Of a stretch of 64,000 bases of DNA, positions 1 to 9,961 are shown piece after piece. The first letter of the stretch is position 1. Each line of letters begins with the position of its first letter. Source of the stretch: an uncultured virus (IMG/VR IMGVR_UViG_3300018417_002450) (lineage: Duplodnaviria; Heunggongvirae; Uroviricota; Caudoviricetes); IMG/VR virus record IMGVR_UViG_3300018417_002450. The stretch is one strand, 5' to 3'. The notes under the pieces are model-generated. The model had not been told where the DNA came from. It did no database searches and worked only from the letters and a program-made list of their open reading frames with translations. The translations under genes were made by a program, and so were the position numbers.

Positions 1-718
1 AAAACAAAGTAGCGTCAGCCACATCTTCAGCATGAATATAATGACGGCTTCCTGGAATTGTTTTTGATGCATCACTATGAATTGTAACAACCCCGCCATC
101 GCGTACATTCCTAATAGTCATAGGAATAAACTTTTCTGGATGTTGTCGTTGACCAAATACGTTCATCGTATGCGTAATATAGATTGGCATATTATAAGTA
201 TTCTGATATGCAACAGCTAATTCTTCAGCCCCAGCCTTAGATGCTGAATATGGATTAGTACAATTATAACGATCGTACTCATCATACTTAACACCTTCAG
301 GCGCAGGACCAAAGACTTCGTCTGTTGAAAAGTATAAGAAACGTTCTAGGTTATCCTGTCTACGACCATAATCTAAAAGGTTAGCCGTACCAACAACATT
401 GTCCATTACGAATTCCATTGGTCGCTCGATAGAACGATCCACGTGAGAACCCGCGGCAAGGTGCGCGATAATATCAACAGGCCCAATGTCTGCTTCAAGC
501 ATTGGGTTGATTTCAGCTTTTAAATCGTGAAAGATTGTCCGTACGCGTTTGCGTTCAGCAGGAGTTCGTTCCTGAAGTAAATCATGAAGGCGATTGAGAT
601 TACCGCTATAATCTAAACGATCAAGCGTTACAATTTCCCAGTCTGTTCGGATAAGTACTTGATTAATCAAGTGGTGCGCAATAAATCCACCGCCACCGGT
701 GATTAGTATTCGCTTCAT
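1..718 (-). CDS. rmlB: dTDP-glucose 4,6-dehydratase-like NAD-dependent epimerase/dehydratase (3' end beyond window)
   Basis: Manual translation from ATG 718: MKRILITGGGGFIAHH...DRLDYSGN...HLAAGSHVDRSI...STDEVFG...NPYSASKA...QHPEKFIP. Confidence 0.85.
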   Translation of the reverse strand, partial: MKRILITGGGGFIAHHLINQVLIRTDWEIVTLDRLDYSGNLNRLHDLLQERTPAERKRVRTIFHDLKAEINPMLEADIGPVDIIAHLAAGSHVDRSIERPMEFVMDNVVGTANLLDYGRRQDNLERFLYFSTDEVFGPAPEGVKYDEYDRYNCTNPYSASKAGAEELAVAYQNTYNMPIYITHTMNVFGQRQHPEKFIPMTIRNVRDGGVVTIHSDASKTIPGSRHYIHAEDVADATLF

Positions 719-729
719 AGTATAACTCC

Positions 730-924
730 TCAGTCAATGCTTATTTCATTATAATCTTTCTTGTATTTTAAAGGCTTTCCTTCTTCACCTTTTTCCATAC
801 ATTCATCACTGCAATACCAAACTGTTTCATTTTCTAACACATGGCCACACCATGTATCTATCGCTTTGTAAGATCCATTACTAACTTTTTCAAATAAAAT
901 GTGTTGTTTTTTGCAGCGATTCAT
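730..924 (-). CDS. hypothetical protein (Cys-containing)
   Basis: ORF in operon context, YCSDEC motif. Confidence 0.55.
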   Translation of the reverse strand: MNRCKKQHILFEKVSNGSYKAIDTWCGHVLENETVWYCSDECMEKGEEGKPLKYKKDYNEISID

Positions 925-934
925 TCTTATTTAT

Positions 935-1354
935 TTACTTTAGCCAACCAATTTTTTTACCATCAGCAATACGTTTTTCAGCAATTGCTTGTGAGCCTGG
1001 ATAACGCCATGCCCACGTTACAATCAACGCAAAGGTAATAAACATATAGAGTGTTGCCTTTTCGTTACCTGTACCAAAATACATAAATGCCAAAGATGTC
1101 GACATAACTGCAACCATTAACCATTTGGCTGCGGTTGGATATACGCGATACTTTGACCAGTTTTTAACAAATGGACCGAACCGTGGATGATTCATAATCC
1201 AATTATGCAGTCTGTCACTTGATTTAGCGAAACAAAATGTTGCGCCGAGAATTGGTGTTGACCAAGGTAGACCAGGTAGTAACACACCGAGATATGCTAC
1301 ACCTACCAAAATAATTCCTAGGCAAAACCAAAATGCCTTTTTTACTTTACTCAT
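935..1354 (-). CDS. YbaN/DUF454-family inner membrane protein
   Basis: LGVLLPGLPWSTP...CFAKSSDRLHNWIMNHPRFGPFV matches the YbaN pattern. Confidence 0.8.
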   Translation of the reverse strand: MSKVKKAFWFCLGIILVGVAYLGVLLPGLPWSTPILGATFCFAKSSDRLHNWIMNHPRFGPFVKNWSKYRVYPTAAKWLMVAVMSTSLAFMYFGTGNEKATLYMFITFALIVTWAWRYPGSQAIAEKRIADGKKIGWLK

Positions 1355-1503
1355 GTTTTTTTTCCATTCTTTAAATAGGTACCGTCAAGATTGTAGCGTT
1401 GGTAGTTATACCATGCCCACGATAACGAGTACACAAAAGGATAGCCTTTTTCTCTTAATTGTTTGAACCAATTCCAGTAATGACTATTTAGAGTCGGCTT
1501 CAT
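1351..1503 (-). CDS. small hypothetical protein, 50 aa (not in ORF track)
   Basis: MKPTLNSHYWNWFKQLREKGYPFVYSLSWAWYNYQRYNLDGTYLKNGKKT; stop overlaps the next start (ATGA). Confidence 0.5.
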   Translation of the reverse strand: MKPTLNSHYWNWFKQLREKGYPFVYSLSWAWYNYQRYNLDGTYLKNGKKT

Positions 1504-1684
1504 TCAAAATATCTTTCATTACATTGGTTGCGGTGTGTGTAAAGAAGCGAGGTGCTACAGAATGAATGACTAGAGCCGGAACCAATAGCTGTAATTTAAC
1601 AGCGGTCTTCAGTGCAAAAGCCATATGTTCTGGTCCTGATTTACCTATCTCTTCTAAGTGTAATTTGCATTGTTTACTAAACAT
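1484..1684 (-). CDS. DUF6356-like small protein
   Basis: HLEEIGKSGPEHMAFA...LVIHSVAPRFFTHTAT pattern. Confidence 0.6.
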   Translation of the reverse strand: MFSKQCKLHLEEIGKSGPEHMAFALKTAVKLQLLVPALVIHSVAPRFFTHTATNVMKDILNEADSK

Positions 1685-1860
1685 TAAACTGACCTTGTTT
1701 TGTAATAATTTCTATATATTTCAAAAAGTTCAACTTGATCTAAAGATTCTTCTATTATATATTCTTCTCTTTTATGTGTTTTTTCAGCAAATATAATTGC
1801 TTCTTCTTTTCGGGGAGACATAGAAAGTAGTTCACCTTCTTTGTTACGGGCTACCCACAT
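1684..1860 (-). CDS. small hypothetical protein, 58 aa (not in ORF track)
   Basis: [21 protein letters not shown]...; TAATG coupling to the downstream gene. Confidence 0.5.
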   Translation of the reverse strand: MWVARNKEGELLSMSPRKEEAIIFAEKTHKREEYIIEESLDQVELFEIYRNYYKTRSV

Positions 1861-3049
1861 GCAATACCTCTTTTAATGCTGACACTAATTCTATCATCAT
1901 CACATCTGTATGATATGGCGTCGGTGCAATTCTTAATCTTTCAGTGCCCGGATCAACTGTCGGGCTATTTATAGGTTGAATATAAATCCCGTATTCATTT
2001 AATAATTTATCGCTTGCAGCTTTACATTTGAAAGCATTGTTTACCATTACTGGTACAATGTGTGTACAAGCATTTTGATGAACTGGAATCTCTGCGGCTC
2101 CCAGCATATATTTTAATTGTTCTGCCCGTTTTTGGTGTTTTTTACGGAGGGAAGTTCCATCACGGAGATATTTGATTGAGGCGATAGCTCCGGCGCAGAT
2201 GGCTGGCGAGATACTTGTTGTAAAGATGAACCCAGAAGCCACGGACCGAATACTGTCAACAACAACACTGTCCCCAGCAATATAACCACCTTGAACCCCA
2301 AAGGCTTTTCCCAATGTTCCATTGATGATTGTTATCCTATCTTGTACACCTAACCATTCACAATATCCAGCTCCTGTATCTCCATAAAGACCAACAGCAT
2401 GAACCTCGTCAATGTAGGTAATTGCGTTATATTTATCAGCAAGATCACAAATATCTTTTATCGGTGCTACATCACCATCCATAGAATAAACTGATTCAAA
2501 AAGAATAACAGGAACTTGCTTGTTCATTTCGCACGTTTGTAATGCTAACTCAAGATCTTCCATATCATTATGTTGAAAGATTATCTTATCAGCACGACTA
2601 TGCTTAACACCCATGATAATGGATGCATGGTTTTTATTATCAGAAATAAAACAAATGTTTGGAATAATTCTGCTCAACGCGACAATGGCCCATTCGTTAG
2701 CCACATACGCAGATGAAAAAAGGAGAGCTCCTTCCTTTTTATGAAGTAAAGCAAGCTCTCTTTCGAGCGTAACATGGTACTGAGATGTACCACCAATGTT
2801 ACGAGTGCCACCAGAACCGGCTCCGGTCTGATCTAAAGCAGTATGCATTGCACTAATCACATATTCATTTTGGCCCATACCAAGATAGTCATTAGAGCAC
2901 CAGTTTACAATATTCTTTGGTGCGTATTTACCATACCAAATTGCCTTTGGAAACTGACCACGTTCTCTAATGATATCATTGAACACTCGGTATCGACCGT
3001 CAGATTTAAAATTATCAATGGTTTTTTCAAAGTGTTCAATATATTTCAT
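1844..3049 (-). CDS. hemA: 5-aminolevulinate synthase (PLP-dependent, Shemin pathway)
   Basis: [49 protein letters not shown] (PLP Lys), GFIFTTS. Confidence 0.95.
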   Translation of the reverse strand: MKYIEHFEKTIDNFKSDGRYRVFNDIIRERGQFPKAIWYGKYAPKNIVNWCSNDYLGMGQNEYVISAMHTALDQTGAGSGGTRNIGGTSQYHVTLERELALLHKKEGALLFSSAYVANEWAIVALSRIIPNICFISDNKNHASIIMGVKHSRADKIIFQHNDMEDLELALQTCEMNKQVPVILFESVYSMDGDVAPIKDICDLADKYNAITYIDEVHAVGLYGDTGAGYCEWLGVQDRITIINGTLGKAFGVQGGYIAGDSVVVDSIRSVASGFIFTTSISPAICAGAIASIKYLRDGTSLRKKHQKRAEQLKYMLGAAEIPVHQNACTHIVPVMVNNAFKCKAASDKLLNEYGIYIQPINSPTVDPGTERLRIAPTPYHTDVMMIELVSALKEVLHVGSP

Positions 3050-4176
3050 TACAAACTAAATCCTTTAAATGTATCTGTTGAAACGTCTTGTTTCGTTCCA
3101 CCTTGTACATAAGATGTGATTTCTGTTTCTTGTGGAGCAACCTGTACTTCGGCGCCAGAAATCCATTTTTGTGTCCAAGGTAATGGGTTACTTGGTTTGC
3201 CATATGGTGATGTAAGTTTTACATTAGTCATACGTTTTGATGCAATATATTCTATATATTGTGAAAGCAACTCTGTGTTCAAGCCGATCATTGAACCGTC
3301 TTTAAATAGGTAATCAGCCCATGCTTTTTCTTGGTCAACTGCTTCAACAAACATTTGGATGCATGCTTCTTCAGTTTCTAAAGCAATTTTTTCAAAATCT
3401 GGATCTTCTTTACGAAGCAATTTCAGCATCATTTGCGTTGAAGCCAAATGGAGATTCTCATCACGAGCAATAAGCTTAATAATCTTAGCATTACCTTCCA
3501 TTTTCTTGAGCTCTGCAAACGCCCACGAGCACGCGAATGATACATAGAAGCGAACTCCTTCCAAGATGTTAACACTCATCAATGTTAGGTACAATAGCTT
3601 TTTCATTTCATATTTGTCAACAACTACAATATCACCATTAATAGCATGGCGGCCTTCGCCTAGCAAGTTATAGTAGCCTGCCATTTTAATAAGTTCGTCG
3701 TAATAACCTGAAATTGAGTCTGCGCAATCTATGATTTCTTGAATGTCCATCATTTCATCAAAGATTTTAGATGGATTAGAATATACGTTACGAATGATAT
3801 GAGTATATGAGCGACTATGAATTGTTTCAGAAAACGTCCAAGTAATAATCCAATTTTCAAGTTCAGGTAACGAAACAATAGAACCAAAGCTTTCAGCAGG
3901 TGCACGGCCTTGAACAGAATCAAGAAGGATTTGGCGCTTTAGATTGGAAGTAAAAATGTGTTGCTCGTGTGCTGTAAGTGCTTTAAAATCTTTAGCATCC
4001 TGATAGATGTCTACTTCTTCAGGGCGCCAAAAGAAACCAAGTTGTTTGTCAGTTAACTGATCAAATTGTTTATACTTCAAAGTGTCATAACGTTGAATTG
4101 TTGGACCACCCGATGGATCGAGAAAAGATGCAACAGCAGTATGGTCAACACGGTTTTGTACGTCAAAAACGCTCAT
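3049..4176 (-). CDS. nrdB: ribonucleotide reductase class Ia beta subunit
   Basis: [49 protein letters not shown]. Confidence 0.97.
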   Translation of the reverse strand: MSVFDVQNRVDHTAVASFLDPSGGPTIQRYDTLKYKQFDQLTDKQLGFFWRPEEVDIYQDAKDFKALTAHEQHIFTSNLKRQILLDSVQGRAPAESFGSIVSLPELENWIITWTFSETIHSRSYTHIIRNVYSNPSKIFDEMMDIQEIIDCADSISGYYDELIKMAGYYNLLGEGRHAINGDIVVVDKYEMKKLLYLTLMSVNILEGVRFYVSFACSWAFAELKKMEGNAKIIKLIARDENLHLASTQMMLKLLRKEDPDFEKIALETEEACIQMFVEAVDQEKAWADYLFKDGSMIGLNTELLSQYIEYIASKRMTNVKLTSPYGKPSNPLPWTQKWISGAEVQVAPQETEITSYVQGGTKQDVSTDTFKGFSL

Positions 4177-4199
4177 TTGAATTCCTTTATAGTAAGTTG

Positions 4200-6506
4200 T
4201 TAAATAGTGCAGCTTTCGCAGTCTGCTTCGTCTAGTTCACCTTGGGGCAATTCTTCTTCAGTCATTTTATCAATATCAAGTTCGCCTTGCCCGTCATACG
4301 TATTAAAGTAATAGAGTTGTTTTCCACCATACTTATAGAACATAAGCAGGTCTTGTAGAAGAACACTCATTGGAATCTTTTCATCTTCAAAGAATTGCGG
4401 ATTGTAACTAGTATTTACACTAATACCTTGATCGATATACTTTTGTAATACTGCCATAATCTTTAGATAACCTTGAGGTGATTTTTGATCCCATAAAAGA
4501 TCGTATTTGTTTTTAAAGTGGAAGTACTGAGGCACGACTTGCTTCAATACACCATGCTTAGATTGTTTTACAGAAATCAAACTGCGAGGTGGTTCAATAC
4601 CGTTTGTTGCATTTGCCACCTGAGCAGAAGTTTCTGAAGGCATAAGAGCCATAAGTGTAGAGTTACGAATACCTGATTTTTTAAGTTGCTTGCGCAATCC
4701 TTTCCAATCCATGCGTTCTTTGTGCTTAACAAGCTCATCAAGATCTTTCTTATAAGTTTGGTTAGGAGTAATCCCATGCCCATACTTAGTTTCCATAATA
4801 CCAGGAATAGAACCCATGTCAACAGCTAAATCAGCAGAAGCCTTAATTAAATAGTATGACCATGCCTCAGCATACTCATCGACCAATTCTAGCCCCTCTG
4901 GAGTGATGTCCTGATAGGATAGATCATGCTTGGCCATCCAATAAGCAAAGTTAATAATGCCAACACCGATAGGACGACGCTTTTCAGTAGACAACTGAGC
5001 TGCTAAAATTGGATAGTTTTGATATGAAAGCAAAGCATCTAGACCGCGAACGGCAAGTGTACAAGCTTTTTCAAAGTCTTCTGGAGTTTTTACGTTACCC
5101 CAGTTAATTGCAGACAATGTGCATAGACTAATCTCACCATCTGGATCGTTAATATCATTTAATGGCTTAGTTGGCAAGTCGATCTCAGCACAAAGATTCG
5201 ATTGACGAATAGGAGCAACCTCTGGCAAAAACGAACCATGATCATTTGCGTTATCTACATTTTGAAGATAGATACGACCAGTGTTCTTTCGTTCTTCCAT
5301 AAAGCTAGAAAATAGCTGAGCAGCAGGAATAGACTTTTTACGAAGACGAGTATTGCGCTCAGCAGTTTCATATAGTTCACGAAACTTGTCTTGGTCTGCA
5401 AAGAAAGCGTCATATAATCCAGGCACATCGGCAGGAGAGAACAATGTAATATCGCCGCCTGTAATCAAACGTTCATACATCAACTTATTAAACTGTACAC
5501 CATAATCCATATGGCGAACACGATTATCTTCAGTACCTTTATTGTTTTTCAATACAAGAAGATCTTCTACTTCATAATGCCAAATAGGATAGTACAAAGT
5601 TGCAGCACCTCCACGAACACCGCCTTGAGAGCAAGACTTTGTTGCTGATTGGAAGTGCTTATAGAATGGAATTACTCCTGTGTGGTATGCGTCCCCTTTC
5701 CTAATTGGTGATCCAATCGCTCTAATAGAACCCGCTCCGATGCCGATTCCTGCTTTTTGGGAGACATACTTGACAATACTGCTACTAGTAGCATTGATAC
5801 TGTCAAGAGAATCGTTTGTTTCGATAAGAACGCAGGAACTGAACTGGCGCTGAGGAGTACGAACACCTGCCATAACAGGAGTAGGAAGACTAATATCGTG
5901 AAGGCTGATAGCATCATAATAATCCTTAACCCATTGCAAACGGGTTTCTTTTGGGTAGTTATTGAAAAGAGTAGCAGCAATCAACACGTAACACATTTGA
6001 GGAGTTTCAAAGATCTGACCTGTTACTCGGTTTTGGCAAAGATACTTACCACGAAGCTGTTCCATTGCGACGTAAGTAAGGTTCTCATCTCGTTTGTGAT
6101 TTACAAAGGAATTGATTTTATCCCATTCCTCGTCATCGTAATATGTAATCAATTCAGGATCGTAAAATCCTTTTTCAATATTACGTTCTACAAGCTCTTG
6201 AACTCTAAATGGCTGATAGCCATCATATACTTCTTTACGAAGAGCATAGTTAATTAAGCGACCACCCACAAACTGATAATTTGGAGTGTCTTCACTGATA
6301 AGATCTGCCGCTGCTTTGATAAGAGTTTCTTGAATTTCTTTAGAAGATATACCGCTATAAAATTGAATTTGGCTTTTGATTTCAACTTCACTAGGACTTA
6401 CTCCATTAATTCCATCGCATGCATAAAATACTACTTTGTGAAGTTTATCTACGTCAAGAGCTTCCTTCGATCCATCTCTCTTAACAACTTGAACGGCTTG
6501 AATCAT
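4200..6506 (-). CDS. nrdA: ribonucleotide reductase class Ia alpha subunit with ATP cone
   Basis: VVKRDG ATP cone, QFSSCVL, SNLCAEI, MPSETS, C-terminal CESC. Confidence 0.97.
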   Translation of the reverse strand: MIQAVQVVKRDGSKEALDVDKLHKVVFYACDGINGVSPSEVEIKSQIQFYSGISSKEIQETLIKAAADLISEDTPNYQFVGGRLINYALRKEVYDGYQPFRVQELVERNIEKGFYDPELITYYDDEEWDKINSFVNHKRDENLTYVAMEQLRGKYLCQNRVTGQIFETPQMCYVLIAATLFNNYPKETRLQWVKDYYDAISLHDISLPTPVMAGVRTPQRQFSSCVLIETNDSLDSINATSSSIVKYVSQKAGIGIGAGSIRAIGSPIRKGDAYHTGVIPFYKHFQSATKSCSQGGVRGGAATLYYPIWHYEVEDLLVLKNNKGTEDNRVRHMDYGVQFNKLMYERLITGGDITLFSPADVPGLYDAFFADQDKFRELYETAERNTRLRKKSIPAAQLFSSFMEERKNTGRIYLQNVDNANDHGSFLPEVAPIRQSNLCAEIDLPTKPLNDINDPDGEISLCTLSAINWGNVKTPEDFEKACTLAVRGLDALLSYQNYPILAAQLSTEKRRPIGVGIINFAYWMAKHDLSYQDITPEGLELVDEYAEAWSYYLIKASADLAVDMGSIPGIMETKYGHGITPNQTYKKDLDELVKHKERMDWKGLRKQLKKSGIRNSTLMALMPSETSAQVANATNGIEPPRSLISVKQSKHGVLKQVVPQYFHFKNKYDLLWDQKSPQGYLKIMAVLQKYIDQGISVNTSYNPQFFEDEKIPMSVLLQDLLMFYKYGGKQLYYFNTYDGQGELDIDKMTEEELPQGELDEADCESCTI

Positions 6507-6573
6507 TTTCTTTTCCTTTATTATCTTTCATACAACATGTTGTATTTATTATGCTTAGTTGTACTATATGTAG

Positions 6574-7260
6574 TTATTCTTGAACAAAATTGGTTATATT
6601 TGGATAAATTTGGGATATAGCCAAGGCAATTGCTCGAGCTAACTCCATATGTTCTTTTTGTGTTCCATTGCCAGAACGTAGTTCAATAAAATGGATCCAA
6701 GAACGAATAGTACCATTAACATATAAGCGAGATTTAGTTAATCCTTCTGGTAGAACAGCTCTTGCTTGTTCTTTTGCAATACCATTTTCAATAGCCCAGT
6801 TATAAACTTCTTTAACTTTTTCAATTAACTCTTCTTGTTTATCATCCCACATATGAATTAATTCAGTATTTTCAGTTGGAATAGAGTTTTGGCGATTTGT
6901 AGTATCCTGCAAACGAGCTTCTCTTAAAACAAAATCATCGCCAAGATCGCGAACGTCAGCATACCGCTGAGAAAACTCTTGAAATGAAAACGAACGGTGT
7001 CTAAGGAGTTGTCTTGCGATGTCTCTGGTTGTTTCGACTTCGAGGCAGGCGCTTGCCATTTCGAACGGGGACCAGTGCTTGTGCTTGATGAGATATCCAA
7101 GTAGCTTTTCTGTTGTCTTGGTGTTAGCTTGGTTTGATGGATTGGAGACACGGGCGCAATATGCGACGAGGTCTTGGATGTTATCAAGTCCCTTGAACGC
7201 AGGTTCTCCTGCGTGGATACGACCTGCGGGTTGGCTATGGGAAATAAGCTTTGCATGCAT
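6574..7260 (-). CDS. thyX: flavin-dependent thymidylate synthase
   Basis: HWSPFE, QLLRHRSFSFQEFSQRY, AKEQARAVLP. Confidence 0.95.
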   Translation of the reverse strand: MHAKLISHSQPAGRIHAGEPAFKGLDNIQDLVAYCARVSNPSNQANTKTTEKLLGYLIKHKHWSPFEMASACLEVETTRDIARQLLRHRSFSFQEFSQRYADVRDLGDDFVLREARLQDTTNRQNSIPTENTELIHMWDDKQEELIEKVKEVYNWAIENGIAKEQARAVLPEGLTKSRLYVNGTIRSWIHFIELRSGNGTQKEHMELARAIALAISQIYPNITNFVQE

Positions 7261-7284
7261 TAACTGTTTGCTCCTTATGATAAT

Positions 7285-8292
7285 TTATGCTTTGCGCCAG
7301 TTGGCGAGTTTCAATTCGGCTTGCAAGCCTTTGTAGGTATTTTCTTCAATAATTTTTTCAGGATTTATTCCTGCAATAAACATTTCGTTTATGTCTTTGC
7401 CTGGAACATCGTGAGGCCATATACAAATCTTATGTCCATTTTTAATTACTTTTTCCATGCGTTTGTGAATTTCTTTGTTACGTGGCTCGGCATCGAACAC
7501 AAAGATTCCATTTTCAATTTGTTGTATATCATGAGTGGTTCCTTCGGCGCCATTCATTGATATAGCATTTTCAAGAAAGAAACTGTCAATTGCACCTTCC
7601 ACAATATAATATGGATGATTAAAGTTTACTTTATCTAGTCCGAAGATCTTTTGTCGTTCCTCGAACATAATAGTTATATATCTGATTCCATCAGGATTAA
7701 AACCACGAGCTGAAACGCCAAAGCAATTTCCATGCTCATCTAGGAATGGAATAACTAAACGCGGTTCATCCTTGCCAACATAATCAAATTTGCCTGGAAT
7801 AATTTCATTAATCCAGGTTTTAAACTTTGGTGCAAAGTAAAGTCTATAATGATGATGAGAAGGAATTTGCCTTTGTTTTATATATCTAACAATCGCGTGA
7901 TTATGTGGCAATTGACTCACTTTTTTCAATTTTTTTAGCGGGTTAGCTTTAAACTTTGGTGCTTGAGTTTTAAATTGTTCAGTGATATCTTTTGTATCTT
8001 CATTTACAGTATTAGATACAAACTTTTGCGCAATATAATCGTTATAAAGCAAAGGGTCCTGTTGCTTCAGAAAGTTCTTGAATGAATGCGAAGCACCGCA
8101 GTTATGGCAATAATAGGAGAACTTGTTATCCCTCTCCAGCAGCCATCCACGGGCCTTAGACCTTGATTTCTGGGAATCACCACAGATAGGACATCTGAAG
8201 TTGATTTTATACGGATTCGTATGTTTGATTTTGAAATTATCTAGCCTCCCAGAAAGCATCTGGGCAAACTGAATATCGATAAATTCTGCCAT
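7285..8292 (-). CDS. 61: T4 gp61-like DNA primase
   Basis: RCPICGDS...YCHNC zinc finger, VEGAIDS, KDINEM TOPRIM motifs. Confidence 0.93.
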   Translation of the reverse strand: MAEFIDIQFAQMLSGRLDNFKIKHTNPYKINFRCPICGDSQKSRSKARGWLLERDNKFSYYCHNCGASHSFKNFLKQQDPLLYNDYIAQKFVSNTVNEDTKDITEQFKTQAPKFKANPLKKLKKVSQLPHNHAIVRYIKQRQIPSHHHYRLYFAPKFKTWINEIIPGKFDYVGKDEPRLVIPFLDEHGNCFGVSARGFNPDGIRYITIMFEERQKIFGLDKVNFNHPYYIVEGAIDSFFLENAISMNGAEGTTHDIQQIENGIFVFDAEPRNKEIHKRMEKVIKNGHKICIWPHDVPGKDINEMFIAGINPEKIIEENTYKGLQAELKLANWRKA

Positions 8293-8324
8293 AATATAAA
8301 ACTCAAAGTTTGTTACATAATTAG

Positions 8325-8353
8325 ATTATAATTGGATCAGGCCCAAATGTCAA
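8325..8353 (-). promoter_or_regulatory. sigma70-type promoter for primase
   Basis: TTGACA-N17-TATAAT on the minus strand. Confidence 0.75.
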
Positions 8354-8847
8354 CCAAAAAATCCTCCAAGATTCACAACTTTTGCTAATAAAAACATAAC
8401 TACCGCACCCATACCGGCAAGATAGTATTTCCAGTTTTCAAGACTTCTAATGCGTCTATTTTGATCATCCATTCTTTTCATCATTACTTGGTTATTAGAT
8501 TTGATTTCGACCATCATTTCTTTATGACGTTCTTCACGGGACCTTTTATTTTCTTCAGACAATCTCAAGTGATCGTCAAAGGCGGATTTACGATACTCTT
8601 CCAAACGTTCATAAATAACTTTAGTTCTAGCGGATTCTTCTTTACGGTGTTCTTCCACTATATTATCAAGATCTTCTAGTTTGTCAACTGTATTTTTAAT
8701 GATTTCTTGTTGTACTGCGACCTGAGTCGAAATATCTGACATCATATCAATAGATCCTTCAACTTTCGCGAAGAACTTATTAATTTGTTTGATGTCGGCT
8801 TTAATGAGCGCGATATCTGTTTTCATTTCTTGCAATTCGTCCTGCAT
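8350..8847 (-). CDS. coiled-coil protein with C-terminal TM helix (possible holin-like)
   Basis: Heptad-rich body, WKYYLAGMGAVVMFLLAKVV tail; lies after the spanins. Confidence 0.55.
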   Translation of the reverse strand: MQDELQEMKTDIALIKADIKQINKFFAKVEGSIDMMSDISTQVAVQQEIIKNTVDKLEDLDNIVEEHRKEESARTKVIYERLEEYRKSAFDDHLRLSEENKRSREERHKEMMVEIKSNNQVMMKRMDDQNRRIRSLENWKYYLAGMGAVVMFLLAKVVNLGGFFG

Positions 8848-8865
8848 TTAAGTTCCTCTTAAGCG

Positions 8866-8888
8866 AAAAAAGGGTCACATGGACCCTC
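8866..8888 (-). terminator. intrinsic terminator after o-spanin
   Basis: AGGGTC-CATGT-GACCCT then TTTTT on the minus strand. Confidence 0.6.
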
Positions 8889-8923
8889 ACTTCATTCATA
8901 ATGTACACTTATGCATCTATTTA

Positions 8924-9304
8924 TTACTCTGGCTGTACAGCCTCTTCATAGTATACAATTATTTCGCCTTGCTGTTGAATATATCTTCTCATTTCTGCTA
9001 TGTTTAAAGCTAGGTTCTCATAATCTTTAACACTAAATGCTACAAATGCACGATTGCCGTTAACTTCTTCAAACTCTTTGAGGAAATCCTCTAAGTTATC
9101 TTCATTAACTACGTATAATCGTGTATCAGTCAGATTGATTGGCTTCGGTCGAGCTACTGTCGGCACCGTCGTCTTCTGGATTTCCGTCACCACTTGTATC
9201 TCCGGTTCCGGTCTCCCGAGGGCGCAACCAGCTAGGAAGAGGGTCAGACCCATCGCCGCCAGTTTCTTGCTCAAGCTCGCGCCAAAGTTTTGCTGTAGCG
9301 CCAT
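8924..9304 (-). CDS. o-spanin (Rz1-like outer-membrane lipoprotein); start uncertain
   Basis: Lipobox LFLAG-C, Pro-rich segment, YENLALNIAEMRRYI; overlaps the i-spanin 3' end. Confidence 0.75.
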   Translation of the reverse strand: MALQQNFGASLSKKLAAMGLTLFLAGCALGRPEPEIQVVTEIQKTTVPTVARPKPINLTDTRLYVVNEDNLEDFLKEFEEVNGNRAFVAFSVKDYENLALNIAEMRRYIQQQGEIIVYYEEAVQPE

Positions 9305-9626
9305 TCATCTTTCCTTCAAGTTGACCTGGCTCTTTTAAAGCTAGGTTTGTTAAATTATGTCTTTGAAGTTTACCACGAAGATCATCACCGTATGCTTCTG
9401 CTTTTTGTAAATCTGCTTGTAGATTGTTATTGAGCTCAGTCATTTTGGCTGCATCTTCTTGCAACGTTGCTATACTAGCTTCGGCGGTTGCAACAGCTAC
9501 TTCCATCTTAGCTACGTTTGCACGAGCTGTTTCAAGATCTGACTGGAGCTTTTGGACGTACAAATATCCAACACCGCCGGTTGCTAATACAACTACAACG
9601 ATTGCAATTTTGATTGACGTAAACAT
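9126..9626 (-). CDS. i-spanin (Rz-like)
   Basis: N-terminal TM helix followed by a long coiled coil; downstream of the endolysin. Confidence 0.75.
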   Translation of the reverse strand: MFTSIKIAIVVVVLATGGVGYLYVQKLQSDLETARANVAKMEVAVATAEASIATLQEDAAKMTELNNNLQADLQKAEAYGDDLRGKLQRHNLTNLALKEPGQLEGKMNGATAKLWRELEQETGGDGSDPLPSWLRPRETGTGDTSGDGNPEDDGADSSSTEANQSD

Positions 9627-9644
9627 GATTACTTCGAGAAGGTC

Positions 9645-9923
9645 TTACTTCTCGTCTTCGTCCTCATCTTCTTCGTCGTCATCATCATCCTCGTCTTCAT
9701 CTTCGTCTTCCTCGTCGTCATCTTCTTCTTTTTTCATTTTATATTTTTCGTCGAGTTCTTCGTCAGATGCTTCTTCTTCTAGCTCTTCTTCACCAGCCAT
9801 AAGTTCTTCGGCTTTAGCTTCAAGAGCAGCTTCAATACGAGTTTGAATTTCTTCTTCGAACGCTTCTTTCATTTCAAGCGGACGACCTGCCATTGCTTCT
9901 GCAACGATTTTTTCTAAAGACAT
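9645..9923 (-). CDS. gp67-like prohead core protein with acidic tail
   Basis: Short amphipathic N-terminal helices and an E/D-rich C-terminus, as in T4 gp67. Confidence 0.55.
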   Translation of the reverse strand: MSLEKIVAEAMAGRPLEMKEAFEEEIQTRIEAALEAKAEELMAGEEELEEEASDEELDEKYKMKKEEDDDEEDEDEDEDDDDDEEDEDEDEK

Positions 9924-9961
9924 GTCTTTCTCCTTGTTTAATTACTATAGTGTTCTATTTA

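Noticed and set aside
9424..9846. Poly-Ser ORF and TCx trinucleotide repeat on the plus strand
   Set aside because: Antisense shadow of the Asp/Glu tail of the gp67-like gene
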